A stretch of 64,000 nucleotides of DNA, from positions 16,108-80,107 of IMG/VR virus record IMGVR_UViG_3300017991_000012, one strand, 5' to 3'. The notes under the pieces were generated by a model, which had not been told where the DNA came from, ran no database searches, and saw nothing but the letters and a program-made list of their open reading frames with translations. The translations under genes were made by a program, and so were the position numbers. This DNA comes from a virus. How positions within the stretch are numbered: the first letter of the stretch is position 1; every line of letters starts with the position of its first letter. Of the stretch, positions 1 to 8,913 are shown piece after piece.

Positions 1-54
1 CCGCCTATGCTACCCACCTGCTGCTCTTCGTTTTCTGTCACCATCGTCGTCTCC

Positions 55-357
55 TCATTTCGCTGAACATTCTCCCCGCACCTCGTACTTATGAAAGCCC
101 CGTTTGCAATGGATGCACATCACGCATTGGTTGCCAGGAAACTCAGGATGCTCCACGCATGGACCGTGCGGCTTCTTCGCAGGCTTGCCCATGAATGAAA
201 ACGGAACTGAGCCGCCGCGCTCGTGCAGTTCATTCTCTATTTTCAGCCGCTTGTTCTCTGCACGCAATTCACGCAGCTCGCGCTCCTGATCCGTTTCGTG
301 CATCATCTCAAGAAATTCGTGGCTCATCAGCTCCTTCTCATTTGTGTAAAAAGTCAT
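55..357 (-). CDS. hypothetical protein (coiled coil LRAENKRL, Cys/His-rich C-terminus)
   Basis: ORF in a tightly packed operon; start moved to MTFYTN. Confidence 0.6.
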   Translation of the reverse strand: MTFYTNEKELMSHEFLEMMHETDQERELRELRAENKRLKIENELHERGGSVPFSFMGKPAKKPHGPCVEHPEFPGNQCVMCIHCKRGFHKYEVRGECSAK

Positions 358-574
358 CTGCCCGCCTGATCTCAATCTTGTTCTCGTGTCGGTTCTCGCA
401 CACGACAGTGCCTGGTCCGCTGCCTACTAGGATGTGTCCACAGCTGTTGCTGTGGCCCATCATGCAACAGAACTTGAACCGCATCTCATACTCGGTCAGG
501 AAGCCCCGGTATTCGCCATTGACATAGATCTTGTATCGCATTGACACTCCTATTCTCAAACCCAACACTGTCAT
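338..574 (-). CDS. hypothetical protein
   Basis: ATGA overlap with upstream gene. Confidence 0.5.
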   Translation of the reverse strand: MTVLGLRIGVSMRYKIYVNGEYRGFLTEYEMRFKFCCMMGHSNSCGHILVGSGPGTVVCENRHENKIEIRRADDFLHK

Positions 575-813
575 CTACCAGGGCACCATATTGGCAGTGC
601 TCGTCCAACAACGCCCAGGTCTCCGTGCATCTGATAGTCGAACATCGACGTGAACTTCTCAGGACACGCAACCTGCCCATGCGCCCAAACTCCTTTCTTC
701 GATCCATACCAGTAGTCCCAGACTCCTGGGCATGCATATTCTTCACGCCTTGCGCCATGCCGCTGGATGCAGCGGAAGCACTGGCGTCTGTTCTTCAGTC
801 GTTTGGTGCTCAT
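571..813 (-). CDS. hypothetical Cys-rich protein
   Basis: ORF; start at MSTKRL just after the upstream stop. Confidence 0.5.
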   Translation of the reverse strand: MSTKRLKNRRQCFRCIQRHGARREEYACPGVWDYWYGSKKGVWAHGQVACPEKFTSMFDYQMHGDLGVVGRALPIWCPGR

Positions 814-820
814 AGTCGCC

Positions 821-1111
821 TCAGTCCGTCGTATCGACAGTCCGGTATCCCATGCGTCCGTCCATTTCGATCCTGGCGCAGATTTCATCGAGAAGCTGTC
901 GCGTGGTCGCGCATCCAAGGTTTGGTTGTGTTCCTGTATCGATTCTCGCATTCCACGACCGCATTGCTGATTCTGGTCGGAGGAAATCCTGCGTCATCGC
1001 ACAACATTGGATCGCCATGCATTCAACCGCATGTACAACGCGCTCACTCACGACTCTCTCTACCACGTGCGCTTCGTTCCCGCAAAACGGGCATGGCTTC
1101 AGTTCTTCCAT
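821..1111 (-). CDS. Lar-family (restriction alleviation-like) zinc-finger protein
   Basis: MEELKPCPFCG...C..C...AMRSWN motif. Confidence 0.7.
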   Translation of the reverse strand: MEELKPCPFCGNEAHVVERVVSERVVHAVECMAIQCCAMTQDFLRPESAMRSWNARIDTGTQPNLGCATTRQLLDEICARIEMDGRMGYRTVDTTD

Positions 1112-1320
1112 CGTCGTCTCTCCTCCATCTTCTCCGTCATCTGCTCCATGCAATTCTCGTCCTCATCCACGTGCGAGATGGCCGTCACCAGCTTGCAGCT
1201 GAAGTCGGCCGGTACGTCCATGCTCGACAGCCGTACCTCCGTGGCGTCGAACACAACCACACGCCCGCCGCTCGCGTACAGCCTGACCTCGGCTCGCTTG
1301 ATGCCGTCAACTGGTCTCAT
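1099..1320 (-). CDS. hypothetical protein
   Basis: ORF with GGA-type RBS, packed in operon. Confidence 0.5.
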   Translation of the reverse strand: MRPVDGIKRAEVRLYASGGRVVVFDATEVRLSSMDVPADFSCKLVTAISHVDEDENCMEQMTEKMEERRRWKN

Positions 1321-1331
1321 GCGTTCGTCCT

Positions 1332-1991
1332 TTACGCCTTATACGACTGCTGCTCCGCAACCTTGAAGTCAATCACCCAAACCCACGGGTTCCTATTCCA
1401 CTCGTAGCCACGCTTGGCGTTGATAGAATCCCAAAGCAACCTGAAATGCTCAATTGGATCATACCACTCGCCATCATTCGGCTCAGCGTAATCCACGCCT
1501 TCAGCCAAAGCATCCTTTGTTGAAATGCGCTGCACTCGCTCAACTCGGATTCCCTTCACCTTCAAGTCAAGACGACTAGCCCAACGCGGCATATGAATAG
1601 ATGGACGCTTGCGCCAGAATGGTCGATACGCCTGCCCCGGCCTTGCATCTTCACTCCCAAGCTCACATGTCGCGGCATACTTGACTTTCTTTGTCCCGCT
1701 CCAGGTGGCATCCTCGTCATCTGCACCATCCCAGGGCGGCATGGAATACCGACCAAGCTGATACCACGTTTCGCGCACCCACAACTGGTCAAATTCCCAC
1801 GGGCAGTTCACATCAAAGTCCAGACATTGCCAACACGGCTTGCCATTTGCTCGCTCTATCTCGTTCAGCAACTTCCATATGGCTGGCTTGCACACACGCC
1901 GCGTTTGCGTCTTGACCCCATCCAGAATCGCCCGCACCATCGAGCCAGAGAACAGAATGGGTTTTTCGTCTACAGCCTTCGCCTCATCCAT
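1332..1991 (-). CDS. ASCH/PUA-like phage protein
   Basis: PILFSGSMVRAILDGVKTQTRR, LWVRETW, PSIHMPRWASR and NPWVWVIDF motifs of a widespread phage family. Confidence 0.8.
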   Translation of the reverse strand: MDEAKAVDEKPILFSGSMVRAILDGVKTQTRRVCKPAIWKLLNEIERANGKPCWQCLDFDVNCPWEFDQLWVRETWYQLGRYSMPPWDGADDEDATWSGTKKVKYAATCELGSEDARPGQAYRPFWRKRPSIHMPRWASRLDLKVKGIRVERVQRISTKDALAEGVDYAEPNDGEWYDPIEHFRLLWDSINAKRGYEWNRNPWVWVIDFKVAEQQSYKA

Positions 1992-2026
1992 TCGCTTATC
2001 CCCTCACGCCTTTTCGGAATAGTCGA

Positions 2027-2221
2027 TCAAAAGCCCAAATCAAAACACTCAATAGCAAGCCTCAAAGCCTTTTCTGCTTGCGCCTTTGCCCCTCGTCCGT
2101 AGAAATTTATCTCGCCACGGTAGGCTTCTAAGATGCGCTGGCCTAGCGGGGTCAACGCTTGGACGAAATAGCATGTCGATTCGCCTCTTACCTGTTCACG
2201 CTGCACATGTAGATCATTCAT
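2027..2221 (-). CDS. hypothetical protein
   Basis: ORF flanked by 16-bp RBS-containing direct repeats. Confidence 0.55.
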   Translation of the reverse strand: MNDLHVQREQVRGESTCYFVQALTPLGQRILEAYRGEINFYGRGAKAQAEKALRLAIECFDLGF

Positions 2222-2230
2222 GCTATTCGC

Positions 2231-2548
2231 TTATCCCCTCTTTTCAGAATACTCCATGCCCTCAATCTTTTCCTCTAGTTCATTGATCTGATCCTGTAGC
2301 CGCTGCGTAAACTCATCCGCATCTTTTCGGTATCGCTCAAATTCATTAACGTTGTCCGCAAGCGCGTGGCTCAGCTTTTGGCATTCTTCTGCCAGCCGCT
2401 CATTCTCTGCGCCTAATTTTTCGGCCAAAGCGTGATCTTGTTCATGTAAAAACTTTTCGCGTTCCAATTGTTCAAAAACATCTGACTTCTCTGCGCGAAG
2501 CTGCCGCCTTTCTTCGTCTAATCTTTCATCTGTTGTAGGTGTCATCAT
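2231..2548 (-). CDS. coiled-coil hypothetical protein
   Basis: Heptad-rich ORF. Confidence 0.6.
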   Translation of the reverse strand: MMTPTTDERLDEERRQLRAEKSDVFEQLEREKFLHEQDHALAEKLGAENERLAEECQKLSHALADNVNEFERYRKDADEFTQRLQDQINELEEKIEGMEYSEKRG

Positions 2549-2556
2549 TCGCCTTT

Positions 2557-2985
2557 CTATTCTGGATGCTTGGCGCGGTAGGCAGCGATAGCTTTAGACA
2601 CCTTCGTAAACGTCATCAGTCCATCTCGGTATTCTTCTGCGGCCCGTATTACTTCTTCCGCGTCTGCTTTCAGCCGCTCATTCTCTGCGCGAAGCTGGTC
2701 ATATGCTTCCATTAACGCAGGCCCATTGACGCCACACCTTGGGCATAGTGCCGTATCGTCTGGTCTGAACTGTCCATTTTCAATTCCCATACCATACGCC
2801 TTTTCGGAATGCTCGCGAATATACTTGCACACTCGCGCCTCAAACTGCGGTTCGGCCACGCGCAACTGTTGGATGCTTTCAACTGCGTCCTTCCTGTAAC
2901 GAAATACTGTTGCCCGATGACACCACTTCCCGTTAAGGCGTTGTTCAACTACCCACACATACGGCCTTGCAAACGAGTTAACCAT
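2557..2985 (-). CDS. hypothetical protein (CPRCG, coiled coil)
   Basis: ORF with GAGGGG RBS. Confidence 0.6.
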   Translation of the reverse strand: MVNSFARPYVWVVEQRLNGKWCHRATVFRYRKDAVESIQQLRVAEPQFEARVCKYIREHSEKAYGMGIENGQFRPDDTALCPRCGVNGPALMEAYDQLRAENERLKADAEEVIRAAEEYRDGLMTFTKVSKAIAAYRAKHPE

Positions 2986-3406
2986 TCGTCTTTCCCCTCT
3001 TCTCCGAATACTCTGGCTCTACAACCTTCGATGCCGCAAACCTCAATTCCTTAGGCGGCACCAACACCTCGCACCGATCAAAATGCACATTGCCGAGAAT
3101 CGTTATCTCTCCACAGCAACTCGCATCAAAATGCGCAGATGACATTATGGTCAAACTGGCAGCGCAAATCTTCTCCTGGTTCACCGTGACGTGATGGCAG
3201 AGCACAACATCATCATGCGGCCCTGGCACAGATCGCCGATCCCATGTACACGCATCGCTCCACAGGCCGGACTTGCGCGATGTGAATACCTTGCCGCCAT
3301 GCGTAGGCGCTGCCGTGATCTGGCTCGGTATGTACTGCCAGCCCTTCGGCATGAATAGCGCCACGGCAGAAAGGCTCGCGCCCTTCAGAAAGGTTCGCCT
3401 CAGCAT
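2978..3406 (-). CDS. twin-arginine signal protein with G8-like N-terminal motif
   Basis: MLRRTFLKGASLSAVALF signal; SGLWSDACTW...VPGPHDDVVL motif. Confidence 0.6.
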   Translation of the reverse strand: MLRRTFLKGASLSAVALFMPKGWQYIPSQITAAPTHGGKVFTSRKSGLWSDACTWDRRSVPGPHDDVVLCHHVTVNQEKICAASLTIMSSAHFDASCCGEITILGNVHFDRCEVLVPPKELRFAASKVVEPEYSEKRGKTNG

Positions 3407-3708
3407 TGCTTACCCTCCAGCAGTGCCTTTCGCTTATCGATCCTCTCCTTGCAGCCGTTGCACACCCGCCCCACGCACAGCATCGGACGCCTGCCGCCTG
3501 CCAGCATCCGCTGGACCTGGTCACCGCGGAAGCGTGTCTTCTGCTCATACCACGGGCTGCTCTTCTTCTTCGGCACGCGCTTCTCGCAGACCATGCAGAC
3601 GACGGTCTTCTTGCCCTTCCTCTCTAGCTTCTGGCGCTCGTACCGACGCACGCGCTCGTAGTACAGCTTGCGCTTCTGGCGCTCGGTCAACGGCTTGTCG
3701 CTATCCAT
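3400..3708 (-). CDS. basic zinc-ribbon hypothetical protein
   Basis: CMVC...CNGC, Lys/Arg-rich. Confidence 0.6.
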   Translation of the reverse strand: MDSDKPLTERQKRKLYYERVRRYERQKLERKGKKTVVCMVCEKRVPKKKSSPWYEQKTRFRGDQVQRMLAGGRRPMLCVGRVCNGCKERIDKRKALLEGKQC

Positions 3709-3709
3709 C

Positions 3710-4219
3710 TTATTTCTCCCTGGCTCCCCTCGCCCTCTGCATCAAGACGTTTTTGACCGCAAAGTCTGCTAAAGAAATCGCGTCACTCATATCGCCCCCA
3801 CGGTCTTTGGCCGCCCATTTCGTATACTCCGGCCACAAGTGCGGCGCGATCAGCTTGCGCTCTTCCTTGCCCGTGCCGCGTGTCCACTCATTCACGCCCA
3901 CGCAGTCAACTGTATACCCATCCCAGATCGTGTAGCAGTGCCACCAGATCGCGCCCACGGCCATGCCATAGATACTCATGCCGCTGACCTTCTGTCTGTT
4001 CAGCCTGCCGTGGATCTTACCCTCCGGTATCTCAATCACGATCCTCTCCGGCAGTCTGGCTCGTACGATCTCACCTACCTTGCCGCACATGATTTCGATC
4101 CTGGCCAACGGCGGCAGACTTGCCTTCGGAATGATCAACCCGGCATCGACGATGTCAATGCCTTCGGCCCAGGCCCAGCCAGTTCTGAGACTGCTTGGAT
4201 CAAGCGCGAGGATCTTCAT
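3710..4219 (-). CDS. RuvC-like Holliday junction resolvase
   Basis: MKILALDPS..TGWA, IVIE and DMSDAI acidic RNase H-fold motifs. Confidence 0.8.
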   Translation of the reverse strand: MKILALDPSSLRTGWAWAEGIDIVDAGLIIPKASLPPLARIEIMCGKVGEIVRARLPERIVIEIPEGKIHGRLNRQKVSGMSIYGMAVGAIWWHCYTIWDGYTVDCVGVNEWTRGTGKEERKLIAPHLWPEYTKWAAKDRGGDMSDAISLADFAVKNVLMQRARGAREK

Positions 4220-4553
4220 CCAGCTCCCTTTCAATGCGATATATCATGTCATCAATCTCTTGCCGCAGCTTCCCGCATACGTGTTTGTTCGCTGGCGACC
4301 CGCTTTCTGTCCATGCGCCTGAAACGAATTCGTCGACAGCCCGCTTCAGGTTCATGAACTTCTCGCCAGGAAAGTACACCTGCTCTGCTCCAGCCTCTGC
4401 GAAATTTTCATTCAGCAGACCGTTGCTCGTGCGGAAGTCCGACATTCCGGACGCCAGCTCGATCGAAAGCTCCGAAATGCCTGATAGTGCACTTCGCATG
4501 CGCCTCAGTTGTTCTTTCCTGTCTTTGAGCAGCAACCTCTCAATGTAGTTCAT
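4200..4553 (-). CDS. hypothetical protein
   Basis: ORF packed in operon. Confidence 0.55.
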   Translation of the reverse strand: MNYIERLLLKDRKEQLRRMRSALSGISELSIELASGMSDFRTSNGLLNENFAEAGAEQVYFPGEKFMNLKRAVDEFVSGAWTESGSPANKHVCGKLRQEIDDMIYRIERELDEDPRA

Positions 4554-4752
4554 GTCTCTTCTCTTTCATCTGGATGGTCTCGATCTTCCGATCCAGATCC
4601 ATGCAGGATCCGGACACGCACAGCAAAACGCTGGCCTTGCATTCCGGACACTCGTACTGATCGCCAGGATACACATGCGCCTCACCCCACCTGGCACCCA
4701 GGCCGTTCTTGATGCACTTCATCTCCACCTGGCATAGTGCGCAACAGATCAT
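4540..4752 (-). CDS. small zinc-ribbon protein
   Basis: CALC...GDQYECPEC; start moved to MICCAL. Confidence 0.55.
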   Translation of the reverse strand: MICCALCQVEMKCIKNGLGARWGEAHVYPGDQYECPECKASVLLCVSGSCMDLDRKIETIQMKEKRHELH

Positions 4753-4762
4753 CAGATTTCTC

Positions 4763-5119
4763 CTACTCTTGGGTCGCGATCGATTCCCAGTACCGGATGT
4801 GCTTGCCGGTGCTCTTCGCATATTCGATCTCTCGCTTGGTCGAATATCCGACATAGCCACCGACATTCAAAACCAGGATTTCATCAGCCATGTCGATCTT
4901 GCGCAGGTGTAAGACATCCAATCTGATCTTGTCATCGTCCGTGTGCTCGATGCCATTGTGGTGCAGCCATCGCCCGTGAGATCCTACGCTCAGCACGATA
5001 TTGCCGGCCTTGGTCTCTTCATAGTTGGCCATGTCGTACGCTTCATCAAACCTGGTCGATCCACATAGGCAAACGACCTTTGGCCTGCCACTGAATATCA
5101 TGAAAGTATCGTCGCCCAT
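4763..5119 (-). CDS. nucleoside 2-deoxyribosyltransferase-like (DUF4406-like) protein
   Basis: VVCLCGSTRF...HLRKIDMADEILVLNVGGYVGYSTKREIEYA. Confidence 0.7.
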   Translation of the reverse strand: MGDDTFMIFSGRPKVVCLCGSTRFDEAYDMANYEETKAGNIVLSVGSHGRWLHHNGIEHTDDDKIRLDVLHLRKIDMADEILVLNVGGYVGYSTKREIEYAKSTGKHIRYWESIATQE

Positions 5120-5508
5120 TATCTATCCTCCAAAACAAACTTCGCGTGGTTCGCCATATCCTTGATCGCTGCCTTCAGCCTGGCTACGTCCTCATCCCGC
5201 GCCTTCAACTCCAGGCCAACGCGGTTCAGCATAGGTCGCCGCTGCCAGTCGGCGATGAACATCTTGACCTGGTGAATTTCACACGACTGGTTGCTGCATC
5301 TCACGCGCCCGACATCCACTCGCTCTGCCGCATGGTCACAGAACGGACAGGCTAGGACTTGCTCAATATTCGGCATCACAGATCCTCCACATGAATCGCC
5401 ACCGTGCAGCAGGACAAACAGCTCTGTCATCACCCAGTATGCCCGGCTTGACTTGCTGCTTTCCTCGTATAGCTCGGTGAGCAAATCGCATTTCCGACAG
5501 GTAGTCAC
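5119..5508 (-). CDS. hypothetical protein with Lar-like CPFC module (possible internal start near 5376)
   Basis: LACPFCD...VRCSN..C; internal RBS repeat. Confidence 0.5.
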   Translation of the reverse strand: MTTCRKCDLLTELYEESSKSSRAYWVMTELFVLLHGGDSCGGSVMPNIEQVLACPFCDHAAERVDVGRVRCSNQSCEIHQVKMFIADWQRRPMLNRVGLELKARDEDVARLKAAIKDMANHAKFVLEDR

Positions 5509-5699
5509 AGATCCTCCACTCCGTCCTTGAACCCCATGAGCCACGCCTTCCGGAAACCCCAGCCGCCGGCCTTGCGCTTGTACTGGCAGTCAGCTGTTCC
5601 CTTGCCGGTCATCGCAGCATCGTATCCTTTCAGGTATCCAGCCTGGTGCGCCTTGCTCGTGATCTTGTCCACGCCCTTGAGAAACATGCGCCTGGTCAT
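5505..5699 (-). CDS. Rmf/CrpP-fold (ribosome modulation factor-like) protein
   Basis: AGYLKGYDAAMTGK...CQY...RKAWLMGF resembles RMF RGYQAG..G....CPY....WLGGW. Confidence 0.6.
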   Translation of the reverse strand: MTRRMFLKGVDKITSKAHQAGYLKGYDAAMTGKGTADCQYKRKAGGWGFRKAWLMGFKDGVEDL

Positions 5700-6310
5700 T
5701 TCATGCGCCTATCAACGTCAGGCAGCTTGATCTTCTGAAAAGACGCCAGCCTGGACGCTATCCGCGGCTGCCATCGATGGATCCGGTCCAGTCCCATCTC
5801 GGTCGTCACGATCGTCTCGCGCATACGGTTTATCCGGTTACTGAGGATCAGGTAGAAGGTGCTTACCGAATAGTCGCTGCGCTTCTCGGCGCCGAGATCG
5901 TCCAGCAGCAGCAGCGGAACCTTTGAGTATCGATCGACCACCTGCATTTCGCTTGTCTCTGACTTGGCGTCGAACGACGACCGGATCCTTAGCATCAACT
6001 CCGGCACCGAGATCCAAAGCCACTCCTGGTCCTTGATGCGATCGACGAGTATGGCTGTGGCCAGGTGCGTCTTTCCAATTCCAGTCGGCCCGCTCAAAAA
6101 GAATCCGCCCTTGTTCCAGTCCACCTTGATGCCGTCGAAATCAGCCAGCCTTGCCTGCCTGTACCTTTCCGGGATCCCTCTCAGGTCTGGGATGGACTTC
6201 TTGATCTGGTTCGACGTTGGCGAACTTATCTGGACGTTCTGCAGCACTCTGCGTGCCAGCTCGTTGATTGGACGAGCCTCTTTCTCCGCTGTCATTATCT
6301 GGACCTCCAT
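5696..6310 (-). CDS. DnaC/IstB-like AAA+ helicase loader
   Basis: IPERY, Walker A GPTGIGKT, Walker B LLLDDLGAE, RIASRL. Confidence 0.9.
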   Translation of the reverse strand: MEVQIMTAEKEARPINELARRVLQNVQISSPTSNQIKKSIPDLRGIPERYRQARLADFDGIKVDWNKGGFFLSGPTGIGKTHLATAILVDRIKDQEWLWISVPELMLRIRSSFDAKSETSEMQVVDRYSKVPLLLLDDLGAEKRSDYSVSTFYLILSNRINRMRETIVTTEMGLDRIHRWQPRIASRLASFQKIKLPDVDRRMK

Positions 6311-6968
6311 TCTTCATGTACCGCTGCAGCGTGCTATTCATCCAAGACATCGGGTTGTTTGGTTTGCGCCTCTCAGTGTTTGCCAGCGCCTCGTAGATCC
6401 AGTCTTCTGGATACATCTTCAGCCAGTTTCTCAGGTTCACCAGGCAGTCGCCAAGTACTCTGAAAGCATGCTGCTGTAGATCTTTCGATATATGAATTTG
6501 AGACTCCGACTCGTCCTCTCCCTCCTCTCCTTCCACTCCTTTCCCTCCCTCCCTCTTAGGCGCTACCTCAGGTTCTTGCGGTATACACGCGGTATCCTCC
6601 AAGTGCCTATCAGATGGATACTGGATGCGCACCCATCCAACTTCTTCGCTGGCGCAAACTTCCAGAGTATCGACTATCGTTTTCTCTGAAAACCTTGTCA
6701 TCATCGCGATCTCTTCTGGTGTCCACGCGGTACCATCTGGGTATCCGTCATGTGTCATCCAGCCGTCCCTCGGCTGCTCTTGACGAGAACACAGGAGAAC
6801 CATCGCGCACCAAGCACCGTACATAGCTTCACCGCTTGGCTTCGACAGCAGCTTGCAGTAGCCAAGACCATTCTGCTTGTTTGGAACGCTACACCAACTC
6901 TTCCTTGCGATCGTCCGAGACTTCGCATTCTCAAAGTGCTTACCCCAGTTGACGATCTGATATTTCAT
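6141..6968 (-). CDS. phage replication initiator (replisome organizer-like)
   Basis: Directly upstream of the DnaC-like gene; IVNW..F N-terminus, HTH-like centre, DnaD-like C-terminus (NPMSWMNSTL). Confidence 0.65.
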   Translation of the reverse strand: MKYQIVNWGKHFENAKSRTIARKSWCSVPNKQNGLGYCKLLSKPSGEAMYGAWCAMVLLCSRQEQPRDGWMTHDGYPDGTAWTPEEIAMMTRFSEKTIVDTLEVCASEEVGWVRIQYPSDRHLEDTACIPQEPEVAPKREGGKGVEGEEGEDESESQIHISKDLQQHAFRVLGDCLVNLRNWLKMYPEDWIYEALANTERRKPNNPMSWMNSTLQRYMKNGGPDNDSGERGSSNQRAGTQSAAERPDKFANVEPDQEVHPRPERDPGKVQAGKAG

Positions 6969-7453
6969 TTTTGTTCCTCGACTTCCATGATGCGCTGCCC
7001 GTGGTCCCTGCAGCTGTCGGTCCATTCTCTTGCGACATCCATCATCATGCTTTTCATCGCGCTCATCTGATCAAGGTGACTCCGTATGGAAAAGAGAAGA
7101 GGAACCCATCGATCCAAGTCACAAGATCCTCGCGCCCCCACAATATCATCCTTGACGAAAAACGCGAATTCATGCATGGCTTCGTCGTTGAAAATGCATC
7201 CGAGTGCTTTCATCACATATTGCAGGTCATCGTCACCGTGATGTTTGCCGTGGCACTGGCTACACAGACAAACCAGATCGTTCACCGTTTCCGTTCCCCA
7301 TTCCTTTGGGTAACGGCGATGATGAACGTGCTTTGCCTTCCCTCCACACAGCACACACTCGCCGTTATCCATCGCCAACCGTTGCGCCCTGATCGTCTTC
7401 CACTTGTCGCTCTGCAGGTACTTCTGATAAGCGGCTTTTCCGTTCTTGGACAT
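6965..7453 (-). CDS. HNH endonuclease
   Basis: YL.SDKW..IR...CVLCG...HVHH..Y...NDLVCLCSQCH. Confidence 0.85.
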   Translation of the reverse strand: MSKNGKAAYQKYLQSDKWKTIRAQRLAMDNGECVLCGGKAKHVHHRRYPKEWGTETVNDLVCLCSQCHGKHHGDDDLQYVMKALGCIFNDEAMHEFAFFVKDDIVGARGSCDLDRWVPLLFSIRSHLDQMSAMKSMMMDVAREWTDSCRDHGQRIMEVEEQK

Positions 7454-7576
7454 GCCGATCTCCGCCAAAAGGCCCTCCCCAGCTGGACGGACCAACAGAG
7501 GATGCTGGTAGGAAGCTGGGTCAGGCCAGGAATAAGTCCGGTTGAATCCTTCCTCTGTTTTTTCCGTCCAGGTTCA

Positions 7577-7607
7577 ACTATACTCGGAAGCGCTCGTTTG
7601 TCAAGTG
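7577..7607 (-). promoter_or_regulatory. sigma70-type early promoter (CAC-TTGACA-AA ... TATAGT, 16-bp spacer)
   Basis: One of 7 copies of CACTTGACAAA with a -10 box. Confidence 0.75.
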
Positions 7608-7948
7608 CCCAACTCTGTTTTCCACTCAAAAATCGTAGAAATCGGAATCTTGATCCCGTGCACGCGCTCCATCTCGATCGCAGTCTGCTCCAGTGTCCTG
7701 CTTTCCAGCATCCGTAGTGCCTCGTCCATCACCCGATCCATATATCTTGCGCTGTCACGTGCGCCCGGCACTCCGGCATTGAAGTACTTGCGACACAGCC
7801 TGCAGTAGTGCTTGCTGTATCTAACCCTCCATGTTGTGTGCTGCAGGTCTTTCAGCGTGCGTCTGCCAACGCTGTGTTTTTTGCATGATGCCCCACATCT
7901 CGGACAGTCCGCGTACTTCTTCACCGCGTCGTGTTCTTTTATCTTCAT
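7601..7948 (-). CDS. zinc-finger/HTH protein resembling an ISL3-type transposase N-terminus
   Basis: CPRCG...GRRTLKDL...HYCRLCRKYF followed by an HTH; no DDE domain. Confidence 0.55.
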   Translation of the reverse strand: MKIKEHDAVKKYADCPRCGASCKKHSVGRRTLKDLQHTTWRVRYSKHYCRLCRKYFNAGVPGARDSARYMDRVMDEALRMLESRTLEQTAIEMERVHGIKIPISTIFEWKTELGT

Positions 7949-8913
7949 CAGCAGACCTTCTTCAGCTGGTTCTCCTCGGCGTACTTCACAAGTTGTGCAA
8001 TCGCTTCTTCCTTGGTGTCGACAGGCGGCATGGCCGCCTTGTCGTACAGCTCATTTCCTGCGTTCTCACCCTTGCTTGTGTAACTGCAGAACTTGCTCCC
8101 AGTCTGACCATCGCTGACAAAGATCTGCCGGCCAAGTCCGTCCTCGTAGACCGGCCCTCGATCCTCACCGGAAGCGTTGGGAAGCTCTGTCTTATCTCCA
8201 TCTTGATCGCCTCCAGTATCTTCATCATCGGATGCACTGGCATCGCCGCTCTCGTCCACCTGCTCGCCCTCCTCGTTCTCCTTGAAGGGCAGCTCCTTCT
8301 GGCGATCGGCATCAGTGAACGGCCTGCTGCTGATAATCTCGCCCGTGTCAAGGCGCACCTGCTGCACTTCTTCCGCTTCCCAGTTCTTCCTCTCTTCCAC
8401 GTCGACATACTTCAGCACCTTTCCGATCTGAATCTCATTGTCGATCTTCTCGCGCCTGGCCATGAGTGCGCTGATCTCGGCCTCCAACGTCTTCTTCTCG
8501 GCCTTCAGCTGATCCTCGACCACTTTCAGATGCTCGGTCTTCTCACGCATCTCGGCCGTCAGCCCAGCGGCTTCCATCGCCTTCTCCCTGACCTCGGCAT
8601 CCGTCATGTCGAACCGGAACTGGCGCCTGTTCTTGCCCAGGACTTCAACCTTCAACTTCGCGCAAGCGCAAGGGCTGGTGCTACATACGCCGCAGACAAC
8701 GCATTTGCAGAAGCTGATTCCATTACCGCAGCCCACGCAGACCTCTTCATCTCCGCTCGCTTCTCCTTCTGCTTCTGCCGCTCCTTCTTCAGCCGCTTCT
8801 TCCTGTGTTTGCTGTTCACGATCATGCTCCTCTGCCATCTCCGCTTTTGCTCGCTCGTCCTCTGCGGCCAGCGCATCTGCCTTTGCCGCGGCCTGTTCCT
8901 GTTCTTCGTTCAT
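7948..8913 (-). CDS. acidic coiled-coil hypothetical protein with Cys cluster
   Basis: Long ORF with GGAG RBS. Confidence 0.7.
   Translation of the reverse strand: MNEEQEQAAAKADALAAEDERAKAEMAEEHDREQQTQEEAAEEGAAEAEGEASGDEEVCVGCGNGISFCKCVVCGVCSTSPCACAKLKVEVLGKNRRQFRFDMTDAEVREKAMEAAGLTAEMREKTEHLKVVEDQLKAEKKTLEAEISALMARREKIDNEIQIGKVLKYVDVEERKNWEAEEVQQVRLDTGEIISSRPFTDADRQKELPFKENEEGEQVDESGDASASDDEDTGGDQDGDKTELPNASGEDRGPVYEDGLGRQIFVSDGQTGSKFCSYTSKGENAGNELYDKAAMPPVDTKEEAIAQLVKYAEENQLKKVC

Noticed and set aside
5505-5699. Tat signal (MTRRMFLKG)
   Set aside because: No hydrophobic h-region follows
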